From NCBI GenBank assembly GCA_012517285.1, contig JAAYVG010000029.1, positions 2 through 64,001 on the forward strand: a stretch of 64,000 nucleotides of DNA, read 5' to 3'. This stretch comes from Elusimicrobiota bacterium (GTDB lineage Bacteria > Elusimicrobiota > Elusimicrobia > Elusimicrobiales > UBA9959). Both the position numbers and the translations under genes were made by a program. The notes under the pieces are model-generated. The model made no database searches. It was not told where the DNA came from and saw only the letters and a program-made list of their open reading frames with translations. Below, piece by piece: positions 1-9,356 of this stretch. How positions within the stretch are numbered: the stretch's first letter is position 1; every line of letters starts with the position of its first letter.

Positions 1-119
1 TCACTGACCACTGTCCACTGACCACTATTTTTGTTTTGCTGATCACTAATCACTGACCACTGTCCACTGATCACTATTTTTGTTTTGCTGATCACTGACC
101 ACTGTCCACTGATCACTAC
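1..119. repeat. Tandem ~49-bp repeat (about 2.4 copies) made of CACTGAYCACTG words plus ATTTTTGTTTTGCTG
   Basis: Unit tcactgaccactgtccactgaccactatttttgttttgctgatcactaa at 1-49 recurs at 50-~98 and partly to 119. Related words occur at 6940-7015, 22785-22815 and 62195-62240. Confidence 0.8.
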
Positions 120-1564
120 TTTGAGACAGGGGCAGACCAGACAGCATACCTTTCACCACTTGTTTCAAGAGTCCAGCCATTTCCCGGCTGCCATCCCCAA
201 TTTTTTCCAAGTTTTAATGTAATATAATAATTATCACCTGTAATCACTGCTACATAGAGCTCATTCTGAGCTGCAACAATTTTAATCGGGCTTGTAGAGC
301 TGATACCAGCCTTCTTTCTTAACTGAACAAGCTTTATAATAGCATTCTGATAATCCTTTCCCCAGTCAAAAAAATGTGGCCAGAAAACACAAGGAACCCC
401 TGGATGGGTTAATATGTATGCATATCCCATAAGTCTCTGTGTTTTATACTCTTTGCTTGCACTTGCAATAAAATTTGGATCCCTTGGTGATGTGTCATGA
501 TTTTCTACAAATGTAACAGCCTTGGCTGGCCACCAGCCTATAAGCCCTGATGGCTTACCGTTATCATTCAATATCTCATATCTCTCATTTTCTATAGCAT
601 TTATTAGATTGAACTTTGTTGGAAAATCAAAAGCACTTGATGCATTTGACTTGGCTGAAGAGTTATCTGTACCATCTATCCAGTTTGTAACGACCTGTCT
701 GTCACCATCATAAACCTCACCAACTGTAAAAACAGGCGATGATGCATTGTTATAATCCTGTATATGCGATGGGGAATAACCCTTGACCATATCATAACGC
801 CAGCCATCAAAACCTAAATCATTTTTAAGCCATCTCATAAAAATCTTTGTATCATTCTGAACAGTAGGATTTCTGTGATCTAAATCCCTGCATCCACCAT
901 CGCCCTGACCTTCATCATAATTGGAACTTTTACCGTTGTTTGGCTCTCCATGGATTCCTGCCCACTCATCATTTTGAACAATAACAGTAGTTGGCCAGTC
1001 AGGATTTTTAAAATCAGCCCAGTCATTTTTCCCGTTTCTGTGGTTTAAGACCACATCAGCTAAAACATAAATTCCCTGCTGATGCATAGCATTTATAGCA
1101 TTTCTTAAATTTTGTTCTGTTCCCCACTGTGAGTTTAAGTTATACCACTCTGTTGGATAGTAGCTTCCAATTGATACTGGTGGAAACCATATAAGACCAA
1201 AACCTGCAGCTTTTATTTCCTTTGATTTATCAGCAAGCACTCCCCACCAACCATTTGTTGGATGATACCAGTAGCTATCAGCATACCAGTGAAAGCCCTG
1301 GAGCATAACCATATAGTTTGCTCTTGAATCAAGCCTTGTTGAAGCAGAAGGGGAAAATGATTTGTCAGAGTATTTTGCAACAGCATCAAGCCAGAGCTGC
1401 CTCGCCCTATCGTTTGCTGTTGACTTTGATATATTTGTAGAGATATCCTTGCTTTTTATCTCTGAAATATTTAAACTTTCAAGCCCTGATTGCTGAGCAT
1501 TTAAAGAAATAAAAGATATAAAGGCAATAGATAAAAACAACAACCTCTTTTTCCATTTAAACAT
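116..1564 (-). CDS. Secreted alpha-amylase, glycoside hydrolase family 13
   Basis: 482-aa ORF with an N-terminal signal-like segment. GH13 signature regions are present: DVVLNHRNG, GWRYDMVKGY, FVENHDT. Confidence 0.9.
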   Translation of the reverse strand: MFKWKKRLLFLSIAFISFISLNAQQSGLESLNISEIKSKDISTNISKSTANDRARQLWLDAVAKYSDKSFSPSASTRLDSRANYMVMLQGFHWYADSYWYHPTNGWWGVLADKSKEIKAAGFGLIWFPPVSIGSYYPTEWYNLNSQWGTEQNLRNAINAMHQQGIYVLADVVLNHRNGKNDWADFKNPDWPTTVIVQNDEWAGIHGEPNNGKSSNYDEGQGDGGCRDLDHRNPTVQNDTKIFMRWLKNDLGFDGWRYDMVKGYSPSHIQDYNNASSPVFTVGEVYDGDRQVVTNWIDGTDNSSAKSNASSAFDFPTKFNLINAIENERYEILNDNGKPSGLIGWWPAKAVTFVENHDTSPRDPNFIASASKEYKTQRLMGYAYILTHPGVPCVFWPHFFDWGKDYQNAIIKLVQLRKKAGISSTSPIKIVAAQNELYVAVITGDNYYITLKLGKNWGWQPGNGWTLETSGERYAVWSAPVSK

Positions 1565-1790
1565 AACTGCCCTCCATTAAAAATATATGGTACTTATATT
1601 ATAAACTTTTTTTTAAATTTGTAATGGGCAAAAAGACCTATTAAGATATAAGACAAAAGGGGAAAATGCTCGTTTACTCTGTTATAAATTATACTTAGAC
1701 CACCCATTAGATTGGAGTATTGCAAATATTATAATTAATACTGGTCGTTTAGTTGTTTAGTCATCTAGTTGTTTAGGAAGAAGTGATGCA

Positions 1791-1836
1791 AAAAATCGAC
1801 AAAAAAAAGACGATCGTCTTTTTTTTGTCGATTTTT
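1791..1836. repeat. Perfect 46-bp palindrome AAAAATCGAC-A8-GACGATCGTC-T8-GTCGATTTTT (family F)
   Basis: Read directly; centred on CGATCG. Same palindrome at 18057-18102 and 56029-56073. Half copies at 17957-17987 and 55929-55957. Degenerate copy near 29134-29160. Confidence 0.9.
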
Positions 1837-1982
1837 TGTAAGAAGCATTTAATTTTATTAAATGTACATACAACTTTGTCATATTTCTTTTAAACCTGCA
1901 AGCCTTATCAATGTGTTATAGCTATCGTAAGTTACAATGATTTAAGAGATGTAATCTGTTATCCTTGCTATAGGCAGGCAGG

Positions 1983-3173
1983 GATGTTATGGGCGATTAC
2001 GAACACTGAAAAAGTTCAGAAACATATTGGACAGTTATCAACAGGTAAAATTGTAAAATAATTATTATTTTAGGAGGTTGTCCAATATGCAACAGATATA
2101 CCTACATAGTTATTTTAAGAAGGGAGAATTATATAATCTTTCAAAGATAGGAGAATTGATAAATCATCCGAAGAGGGCGGAAATAGCGAGGAAGATAAAG
2201 ATAATAGATTTTTTTGATAAGCATGGATGGAAGATTACAAAGGAGGCATTTGGAGTAGGTAGATCGACAATATATTTATGGAAGAGTAAAATAAGGGAAA
2301 GAGAAGGAGATATAAAGGCACTTGCGGGAGAGAGTAAAAGGCCGCATAAATTAAGGAAGAGAAAAGCAAACATATTAATAGAGGAATTTATAATAAGGTA
2401 CCGCAAAGAGCATTACCGAGCAGGTAAGGGAGTAATAAAAGTAGAATTAGATGAATATTGTAGAGTAAATGGTATAAATCTGATAAGTATAAGCACGATA
2501 GGAAGAATCATCAAGGAGTTAAAGGAGAGAGGGTTGATAGAGAATGATAAAAAAGTAAGTTTTAATGCTAGAACTGGTAAGATAATAATAAAGAAAGTTA
2601 AAAAGAAAAAGAAGGAAAGGCGCAAAGGATATATTCCGCTAAATCCTGGTGATTTAGTTCAAATAGATACACTGGATATATTTCTTGATGGAGTTAAAAG
2701 ATACATAATAAATGGGATAGACATAAAGACAAGGTTTGGATTTGGATATATGTATGAGAAGTTAAATAGTCTAAATGCAAAAGATTTCTTGAAGAGATTT
2801 AGCGAGGTGGCGCCATTTGAGATAAAGAGGATACAAACAGATAATGGGAGCGAGTTTGAGAAGTACTTTGATAATTATATCAAGCGAAACAAATTAATAC
2901 ATTACTTCAATTATCCTCATCATCCACAATCAAATGCATATGTAGAAAGATTCAACAGGACGATTAAAGAGCAATATGTGTATAGTAATTATGATAGAAT
3001 AGAAAATATAGAAAAATTTAATAGAGGATTAATGGAATATCTTTTATGGTATAACACAATTAAACCTCACAATGGTATAGAAAATAAATCGCCATTGAAA
3101 TATTACCTTGATAATTTTATTAACAACTCTAAAAAGTCCAATATGTTATGGACTCTTACAAACACTTGACATC
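1983..3173 (+). mobile_element. IS481-family-like insertion sequence (boundaries approximate)
   Basis: Single transposase ORF. Imperfect inverted sequences near both ends: GATGT at 1983 vs ACATC at 3169-3173, and AACATATTGGAC at 2022-2033 vs GTCCAATATGTT at 3134-3145. No clear target-site duplication seen. Confidence 0.55.
2087..3169 (+). CDS. DDE transposase / integrase core (rve) with N-terminal HTH, IS481-like
   Basis: IQTDNGSEF and HHPQSNAYVERFNRTIKEQY motifs. ATG at 2087 is preceded by TAGGAGG (2071-2077); the TTG at 2078 in the track is probably an over-extension. Confidence 0.85.
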   Translation: MQQIYLHSYFKKGELYNLSKIGELINHPKRAEIARKIKIIDFFDKHGWKITKEAFGVGRSTIYLWKSKIREREGDIKALAGESKRPHKLRKRKANILIEEFIIRYRKEHYRAGKGVIKVELDEYCRVNGINLISISTIGRIIKELKERGLIENDKKVSFNARTGKIIIKKVKKKKKERRKGYIPLNPGDLVQIDTLDIFLDGVKRYIINGIDIKTRFGFGYMYEKLNSLNAKDFLKRFSEVAPFEIKRIQTDNGSEFEKYFDNYIKRNKLIHYFNYPHHPQSNAYVERFNRTIKEQYVYSNYDRIENIEKFNRGLMEYLLWYNTIKPHNGIENKSPLKYYLDNFINNSKKSNMLWTLTNT

Positions 3174-3221
3174 ACATTTTTTTTAATCTACTATTTAATA
3201 ATAGCAGGAGTTATAAAATAT

Positions 3222-4529
3222 ATGAGAAAAACATATTATGTCACTTTATCTTTGGTGAGTATTTTTTTATTTATTAATAAAGCTTATAGTGAGAGAAGCG
3301 AACGAAAAATAGATGTTAGAGCTCTCTCTGATGTGGAATCATATGATGAGCAAACACTCAATAATATATTTGATGGAAGCAATAAAAATTCAGTAAAAAT
3401 CTCTATTGATATCAGTAATAATTATTTTAATAAAACTTCACAAAACAACTATGGAATAAGCTATAATAAAAAAATCATACCAGAACCACTTATTAACAAT
3501 GTCACAGATGAAATACTATTACAATCCAAGGTCATTGTTAATGGGACTCCAGATGAGAAAGAGAAAAACATAATAGATAAAGCCTTTAATCTTATAAGGG
3601 ATTCCTCTGAAAACGGGAAAGAGTTGTATTCGTTAAAGGATAAGATACAAATACTCTGGAAGGATGGAGGAGAAAATCTAAGAGCTGAATCTACTCCTTC
3701 TACATCTTTTTTATTTTTTAAATCAGGTCCAAAAATAATGTTGAATGCCAAGTTTAAAGATGTCTATATGTCAAATCCTTCTGTTCCTGCATATTTAGCA
3801 ATAATTCTTGCCCATGAACTATCACATCACAAGGATTTCCAAGATGTAGGAAACACAAATAAAAATGTAGCTCTTAAATATATATCTGAGGAAAAAGCAT
3901 ATTTAACACAGATACAGACATATGAAGCTATGATTAAGAAATACCCTTATCTTTTTGATGAGTCAAAGATAAAGGATAAAAATATACTTGATTTTATCTC
4001 TGAACAAAGATTCTTTAAAGCTGTGTGGGATTATAAAAACAATGGAGGTAAAAAGATAAACAAATCTGATTTCCCATATATAAAAAACTTTAATGAAAAT
4101 TGGAATAAAGTTTTTAATTATGATAACGGTTATATAAAAGACTTAAACTTCAATCCATATACAGAATGGTTAGATTTCAGGGGAGTTTATTCATTCCATG
4201 GATTTATAAGTATAAGCTATAATATAAATGATAGAGATATCTATTATTCAGGGCTTAAGTATAAAAACATATCTGATAACTTTAATAAAATAAGAGATAG
4301 TGCAAAGATAGAATATAAAGAATACTGTAAGGATAGGAAGATAACACCGTTATCAGATGCTCATCTTGATAAAATACCTGATTCAATTGATTACTATTCT
4401 TTAGAGGATACTATTAATAATGCAGGTGAACATAGTGGTGAACATAATCATCATGGAGAAATAAATGTAACTCCTCCAGGTCCACCACCATATCCTCATG
4501 ATGCAGATGTAAACTGGGATGGACGTTGA
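3222..4529 (+). CDS. Secreted HExxH-motif protein (putative zinc metalloprotease-like), function unknown
   Basis: ATG at 3222 follows AGCAGGAG and gives a signal-like N-terminus (MRKTYYVTLSLVSIFLFINKAYS). HELSHH motif present. His/Pro-rich C-terminus. Track start 3108 lies inside the IS end and is rejected. Confidence 0.6.
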   Translation: MRKTYYVTLSLVSIFLFINKAYSERSERKIDVRALSDVESYDEQTLNNIFDGSNKNSVKISIDISNNYFNKTSQNNYGISYNKKIIPEPLINNVTDEILLQSKVIVNGTPDEKEKNIIDKAFNLIRDSSENGKELYSLKDKIQILWKDGGENLRAESTPSTSFLFFKSGPKIMLNAKFKDVYMSNPSVPAYLAIILAHELSHHKDFQDVGNTNKNVALKYISEEKAYLTQIQTYEAMIKKYPYLFDESKIKDKNILDFISEQRFFKAVWDYKNNGGKKINKSDFPYIKNFNENWNKVFNYDNGYIKDLNFNPYTEWLDFRGVYSFHGFISISYNINDRDIYYSGLKYKNISDNFNKIRDSAKIEYKEYCKDRKITPLSDAHLDKIPDSIDYYSLEDTINNAGEHSGEHNHHGEINVTPPGPPPYPHDADVNWDGR

Positions 4530-5379
4530 TATGAAAGAAATTATTAAGAAATACAGAAAGACTTATATATGTGTTATAGCAATAGCAGCAATACTTATAG
4601 TATATGGGATACTTTATATTATTTTATTAATAACTGGACCAAAGACAACATACCCTGGGATTATGAAGTTTTACTATAATCTTGTATACAATCTTACACC
4701 GTGCAATGGTGAGGTAAAAAAGATAGACAATGAATATCTAAGCTTTGAATACCTACATTTCAAAGATTCAAGGGAGATAGGCTTTCTTTCTACTAGAAGA
4801 GATCTAACTAGGGATACATTCTACAGTTTTTTCTATTTTAATAATTTGGAAAATAATATGGAACTTAATATATGGAATGAGAAATATTTCAAGAAGAGAT
4901 TACTAAAAAACATTAAATCAGGTAAATATAATTATATGAATTGGACACCGGATGGTAAGGATGTAGAGATAGATAAAGAATTAATAAAAAGATTTGAAAA
5001 TGATCAAAAAATAACATATGATAATATTTTATATTCAACGATAAATCTGCCTATTGATAAATATAAAAGAAGTGAAATAGATATAGGAGGATACAGGTTT
5101 ATTATGCTTGATATGCCTTATCCAGATAGCGATGATTATGCAAAGGCTATATATGGAATATTAAGAAATGGTGATATATTTGAGATACTTTTGAAATATG
5201 AAGGATTTTATCAGGGCAAACTTTTAACATCACTTGGGAATGAGCTTTATTATAACATTATTCTTGGTGGTGGTGTGCATGGTATGCATTTTATTCCTGT
5301 GCCGAAAGAGATTTCTCACAACAAACAAATGGATTGCACATTTAAGAGAATAATAAAAACGCTTAAAATAAAAAAATAA
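4519..5379 (+). CDS. Membrane-anchored hypothetical protein
   Basis: 286-aa ORF overlapping the upstream stop by 11 nt. One N-terminal TM segment (YICVIAIAAILIVYGILYIILLI). No recognisable motif. Confidence 0.55.
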   Translation: MDVDMKEIIKKYRKTYICVIAIAAILIVYGILYIILLITGPKTTYPGIMKFYYNLVYNLTPCNGEVKKIDNEYLSFEYLHFKDSREIGFLSTRRDLTRDTFYSFFYFNNLENNMELNIWNEKYFKKRLLKNIKSGKYNYMNWTPDGKDVEIDKELIKRFENDQKITYDNILYSTINLPIDKYKRSEIDIGGYRFIMLDMPYPDSDDYAKAIYGILRNGDIFEILLKYEGFYQGKLLTSLGNELYYNIILGGGVHGMHFIPVPKEISHNKQMDCTFKRIIKTLKIKK

Positions 5380-5417
5380 TCTATTTGAAGATTATTCTAA
5401 TCTATAAGTGTTTTCTA

Positions 5418-5671
5418 TTGTAGTACCCCTGATATCCCCTTGTCATTTGAAGGCTCAGATTTGAGATGGAGGGGATGATGGAGAAAATTAACCCGAAAAA
5501 TTCAGTTAACACTGTTTTTGCCAATGAAACTGCCATGATAATTTTATACAGCTCTTTTTCAATACAACATGGCTTTAACTGAAACATTTGGGTTAATAAA
5601 ATAAAAATAGTTATTATAGTATTGTTTGTTATATCCGACTTTTTAAGTTAAAAGAATCAGGGGAAACAGAG
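5418..5671. repeat. Possible decayed copy of the TIR element that interrupts nfi
   Basis: 5418-5470 aligns at about 80% with the left 52 bp of the element at 23111, including an identical ATTTGAAGGCTCAGATTTGAGATGGA, and is preceded by TA. A weak right-end match ATCAGGGG lies at 5656-5663. Interior differs. Confidence 0.3.
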
Positions 5672-5725
5672 CTTTTATAACCTATAACAACATCTAATAA
5701 AAAAAATCATATGTTTATGGTCTAA

Positions 5726-6898
5726 TTATTTCTGGAAGTTAAGTATTTCAAGAACATCCTTTTTTGTATAACTCCATCCCCAGAGCTTGCCAAGTTCATT
5801 GGCATTATCAGCAATCATATCAAAGTCCTTCTCTGGAATGCCATTTTCAGAAAGTTTTGTCTTAACTCCAATCTCATTAAACCAGCCTTCAATTTTTGAA
5901 ATAACCTTAAAGGCATCATCTCTGCTCTCATTAAGCTCCATTCCAAAGACATTTCGTCCAAAATCAACAATCCTTTTAATTGCTTTCTCTCCATTCTTTT
6001 TAATCAGATGTTTTAAAAAACCGGGAAACAGGATTCCAAGTCCTAATCCATGAGGAATATCATATATTGCACTCAATGAATGCTCAATAACATGGTTTAT
6101 AAACTCCATTCCCTTGTATCCCAATGACTGCCCACCATTTAAAGCTAAGCTTGCTGTCCACATAAATGATGCCCTTGCATTGTAATCCTTTGGATCATTC
6201 ATTATTCTGTCGGTTGCCAATACAATTGATTTTATAAGCGCATAATCATAGTTATCTGTTATTATAGAATCAATGTCCTTTGTCGTAAAATATCCCTCTG
6301 ATATATGAAGCATTGCATCAACTGCACCATATGCTGACTGCTCCTTTGGAAGAGTAAATGTAACAGTAGGATCAAGGAAGGAAACCTTTGGAAATAGTAA
6401 AAAAGAACCAGCGGAATACTTCTGCTTTGTCTCTTCATTGGTTATAACACACCCACTGTTGGACTCAGAACCTGTAGCAGGAATTGTTAAAACAACAATT
6501 ATTGGAACAGCATCCTCTATTCTCGCTTTTTCTACAAAAAAATCCCAAACATCACCACTGTATTTAACACCAGCAGATATAGCCTTTGATGTATCTATAA
6601 CACTACCGCCACCAGCAGCTATTATCATATCGCAATTCTCTTTTCTAAACTTTTCTATTCCAGTTTTAACATGGGATAAAACTGGATTTGGCTTAACACC
6701 ACCGTGTTCTACGAAATCAATGTTATTATCCTTAAGACTTTTTACAATTGTATCATAAACACCATTCTTTTTTATGCTTTCCCTGCCATAAACAAGAAGA
6801 GCTTTTTTGCCATAATTTTTTGCTGACTTTCCTATTTTTTTTATCACATCCTTACCAAAGACTATTTTAGTAGGATTTTGATATACGAAGTTATCCAT
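5726..6898 (-). CDS. Iron-containing (group III) alcohol dehydrogenase, butanol-dehydrogenase/YqhD-like
   Basis: Conserved Fe-ADH layout (GGGSVIDTSKA, histidine-rich C-terminal half). ATG at 6898 is preceded by GGAGGT; the longer track start 6931 is rejected. Confidence 0.9.
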   Translation of the reverse strand: MDNFVYQNPTKIVFGKDVIKKIGKSAKNYGKKALLVYGRESIKKNGVYDTIVKSLKDNNIDFVEHGGVKPNPVLSHVKTGIEKFRKENCDMIIAAGGGSVIDTSKAISAGVKYSGDVWDFFVEKARIEDAVPIIVVLTIPATGSESNSGCVITNEETKQKYSAGSFLLFPKVSFLDPTVTFTLPKEQSAYGAVDAMLHISEGYFTTKDIDSIITDNYDYALIKSIVLATDRIMNDPKDYNARASFMWTASLALNGGQSLGYKGMEFINHVIEHSLSAIYDIPHGLGLGILFPGFLKHLIKKNGEKAIKRIVDFGRNVFGMELNESRDDAFKVISKIEGWFNEIGVKTKLSENGIPEKDFDMIADNANELGKLWGWSYTKKDVLEILNFQK

Positions 6899-6911
6899 AA
6901 TTACCTCCAGT

Positions 6912-6937
6912 GAAATTTTGTCTTTTGACAAAATTTC
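6912..6937. promoter_or_regulatory. Inverted repeat GAAATTTTGTC-N4-GACAAAATTTC just upstream of the adh RBS (putative operator or 5' UTR hairpin)
   Basis: 11-bp perfect arms read directly. A closely related dyad sits in the same position upstream of the CoA-binding protein gene at 21706-21733. Confidence 0.4.
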
Positions 6938-7019
6938 AAGTGATTAGTGATCAGTGTTCAGTTTAATAATGTATTTCCCTTTACTGTTCACTGGCCACTA
7001 AACACTGTTCTGATCTTAA

Positions 7020-9299
7020 TTATCTGCTTGATACAAATTTTTCAAATGTTTTTATCATTTTGTCTGCATTCCTAAAAACAACAAATCCATTTTTTATGGC
7101 ATATTCAACATAAGGCTCATAAATCACTCCGCCTGATACTGATAATATAACAGGGACTTTTGTTTCCTTCATAACATCTGAAACATTCTTTATAAATGAT
7201 TTTTCAATTATATCAGGATATCTCTCAGAAGCCGGCAATGTGTTTATATTTGGGCTGAATGGTGCCATTGATATAAAGACGGCAGAGTAATCACCGCTTG
7301 AAGCTACGTTTTTAACTATCTCAGTTATCGCCTCGTCATTAGCCATAGGGGTTGTATCCATAGGATTTTTAAAATCAACTATTGTATCAAGCTTGTATTT
7401 TTTAAGAACATCAATCATTTTTTTCTTCAGCTCCTCACCCGCCTCTGCAGCCTTCAATCTTAAAAGATTATCAGCCATACCTGTTGTTTCAAAACCTGCA
7501 TTGCTCATCATAAAAACATTTTTATACTCCCTATCATACTTTAATATATAACTTGAAAGATATGCCATATCACAGAACTCTTCAAAGTTATCGCAAACTA
7601 TAGCCCCAGCTTCCTTTAAAAGTTTTTCTGAAATTATATAATCACCAGCGATTGATGCAGTGTGTCCCATAACAGCCTTCTGCCCTGCTGATGTTCTGCC
7701 AGCCTTATAAAGCACAAATGTTTTACCAGATCTTTTAGCCCTTTTTATTATATTTAGCAACCTAAGTCCATCATGATACTTAAAGCCCTCAATATATGTG
7801 AGAATAAGCTTTATATCACTGTCAACAACATAGTCAAGGTAGTCAACAACTGTGATATCTTGCTGATTTCCAACAGTTACAGTGTATTCTGGTATGATAT
7901 GAGGAATCTTGCTCAAAACTGCAAGAGTAAATGCACCGCTCTGACTTATGAATCCGGTTTTTACCATATCAGGATTAAAACCTATAGGATATTTAAGCTT
8001 GTATTCAGGTATAAAAAATGTATTTATTCCCTTGGATATTACTGAGTCCTCTTGATTGGACAATATTTCAGTTTTGTTTAAAACCATACCCATACAGTTA
8101 CCACCGTTTAAACCAAAATCAGGATTGTTCTTTCGTGCTTTTTTTATAACAGCAATCAAATTCTCTGCAACATTCTCAGTTCCACTCTTTTCTCCAATTC
8201 CACCTGTTATAAGAACAATTCCATTTGCTTTTTTGCTCTCCGCCACATCATCAAGCACATCAATAACACCCTCAACAGGAACTGATACAACGTACATATC
8301 AATCTTTTCCACAGGTATATCCTTTATGCTCTTATAGGCCTTAACCCCATCTATCTCATCAACCCCTTCCTTTATAATAAATATCTTCTCCTTTGGAAAT
8401 CCTGCCTTGAATATATTGTTAAGTATAATCCTTGCCATATTCATCTTTTTTTCGCTTACCCCAACAACTGCAATTGTTTCAGGTTCAAGTATGCTTTTTA
8501 TAGCATTTCGTGATGGTATATCACGCTTTTTATTTTTTGATTCTCTAAATCTTAATACTCCATCAAGGGCATAAAACTTTCCATTGCTGAGTGCTAAAGG
8601 ATTTACTTCAATCTCCTCTATTGAATATCCTACTTTATCATCATTAAAATCCTTCATAAGACCAATGAAGGCATCCAGCCATTTAATAATCTCATCCTTT
8701 TGAACCAGCTGCTTTAATCCTCTTACTTTCCCAAAACAGTAATTGAGTATCCATACATTATCAGTGAAATCAACGATATCACCAGAACCATTTAAATTCA
8801 TAACAGGCAAAAACGAAGGGGCAGAATCACTCTTTAAAGCCTTTAAAAAACTTTCAGTATGAGTGCCTCCAGGAGCAAGAGTAACAATCGGTCCGTAGGC
8901 ATCATCGCTCTTAGCGCCTAAAAGGAGCTCCTCACCAAGCGAAAACGGAGAGTGGGGGAGAAACTCTATTGCAGCAATTCCAGATAGGTCACTGAACTTC
9001 AAGAGTTCGCCAACAGTTTTTTTTATCAGCTCTTTGTTTTTTTCAACCACCTTAACTCCACCAGAATCGGTCTTGTGAAGGTTTGTTGATGAAACTATTT
9101 TAATAACTATTTTGTTTGAAAAACTTTTATATATCTCATCAGAAAACAAATCAACATCCAAATTTTTTACATCCTTGTATATATAAAAAGGGACATTGAG
9201 CTTTAATATTTTAAATATTTCATAAACCTCTATCTCAGTTAGATTTTTCCTACCTTCTTTATATGCATTATCCAATATCTCATTAATCTTTTCATTCAT
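7020..9299 (-). CDS. Acetyl-CoA synthetase (ADP-forming) / NDP-forming acyl-CoA synthetase, fused subunits
   Basis: 759 aa. ATP-grasp-like N-terminal half, then a CoA-binding Rossmann region (IAVVGVS), SQSGAF and the phosphohistidine loop MGHTASIAG. Confidence 0.85.
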   Translation of the reverse strand: MNEKINEILDNAYKEGRKNLTEIEVYEIFKILKLNVPFYIYKDVKNLDVDLFSDEIYKSFSNKIVIKIVSSTNLHKTDSGGVKVVEKNKELIKKTVGELLKFSDLSGIAAIEFLPHSPFSLGEELLLGAKSDDAYGPIVTLAPGGTHTESFLKALKSDSAPSFLPVMNLNGSGDIVDFTDNVWILNYCFGKVRGLKQLVQKDEIIKWLDAFIGLMKDFNDDKVGYSIEEIEVNPLALSNGKFYALDGVLRFRESKNKKRDIPSRNAIKSILEPETIAVVGVSEKKMNMARIILNNIFKAGFPKEKIFIIKEGVDEIDGVKAYKSIKDIPVEKIDMYVVSVPVEGVIDVLDDVAESKKANGIVLITGGIGEKSGTENVAENLIAVIKKARKNNPDFGLNGGNCMGMVLNKTEILSNQEDSVISKGINTFFIPEYKLKYPIGFNPDMVKTGFISQSGAFTLAVLSKIPHIIPEYTVTVGNQQDITVVDYLDYVVDSDIKLILTYIEGFKYHDGLRLLNIIKRAKRSGKTFVLYKAGRTSAGQKAVMGHTASIAGDYIISEKLLKEAGAIVCDNFEEFCDMAYLSSYILKYDREYKNVFMMSNAGFETTGMADNLLRLKAAEAGEELKKKMIDVLKKYKLDTIVDFKNPMDTTPMANDEAITEIVKNVASSGDYSAVFISMAPFSPNINTLPASERYPDIIEKSFIKNVSDVMKETKVPVILSVSGGVIYEPYVEYAIKNGFVVFRNADKMIKTFEKFVSSR

Positions 9300-9356
9300 A
9301 TAGCCTCCAGGAAAACAGATGTCAGAAAACAGAAGTCAGAAAAAAGAAATCAGAAG

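Noticed and set aside
1-119. Possible CRISPR array (regular short repeats at the window start and in other word-repeat regions such as 17.7-18.4 kb)
   Set aside because: The units are contiguous tandem or degenerate words without unique spacers of constant length. No cas genes are present.
3108-3221. N-terminal extensions offered by the ORF track here, and at 2078, 6931, 10375, 13180, 19014, 21713, 29193, 39201, 48383 and 50933
   Set aside because: These use TTG/GTG starts without an RBS and run through IS ends, operators or upstream genes. In each case an in-frame ATG with a Shine-Dalgarno sequence gives the conserved N-terminus.
5402-5587. 61-aa minus-strand ORF between the membrane protein gene and adh
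   Set aside because: It overlaps the decayed TIR-element copy and has no RBS or recognisable motif.
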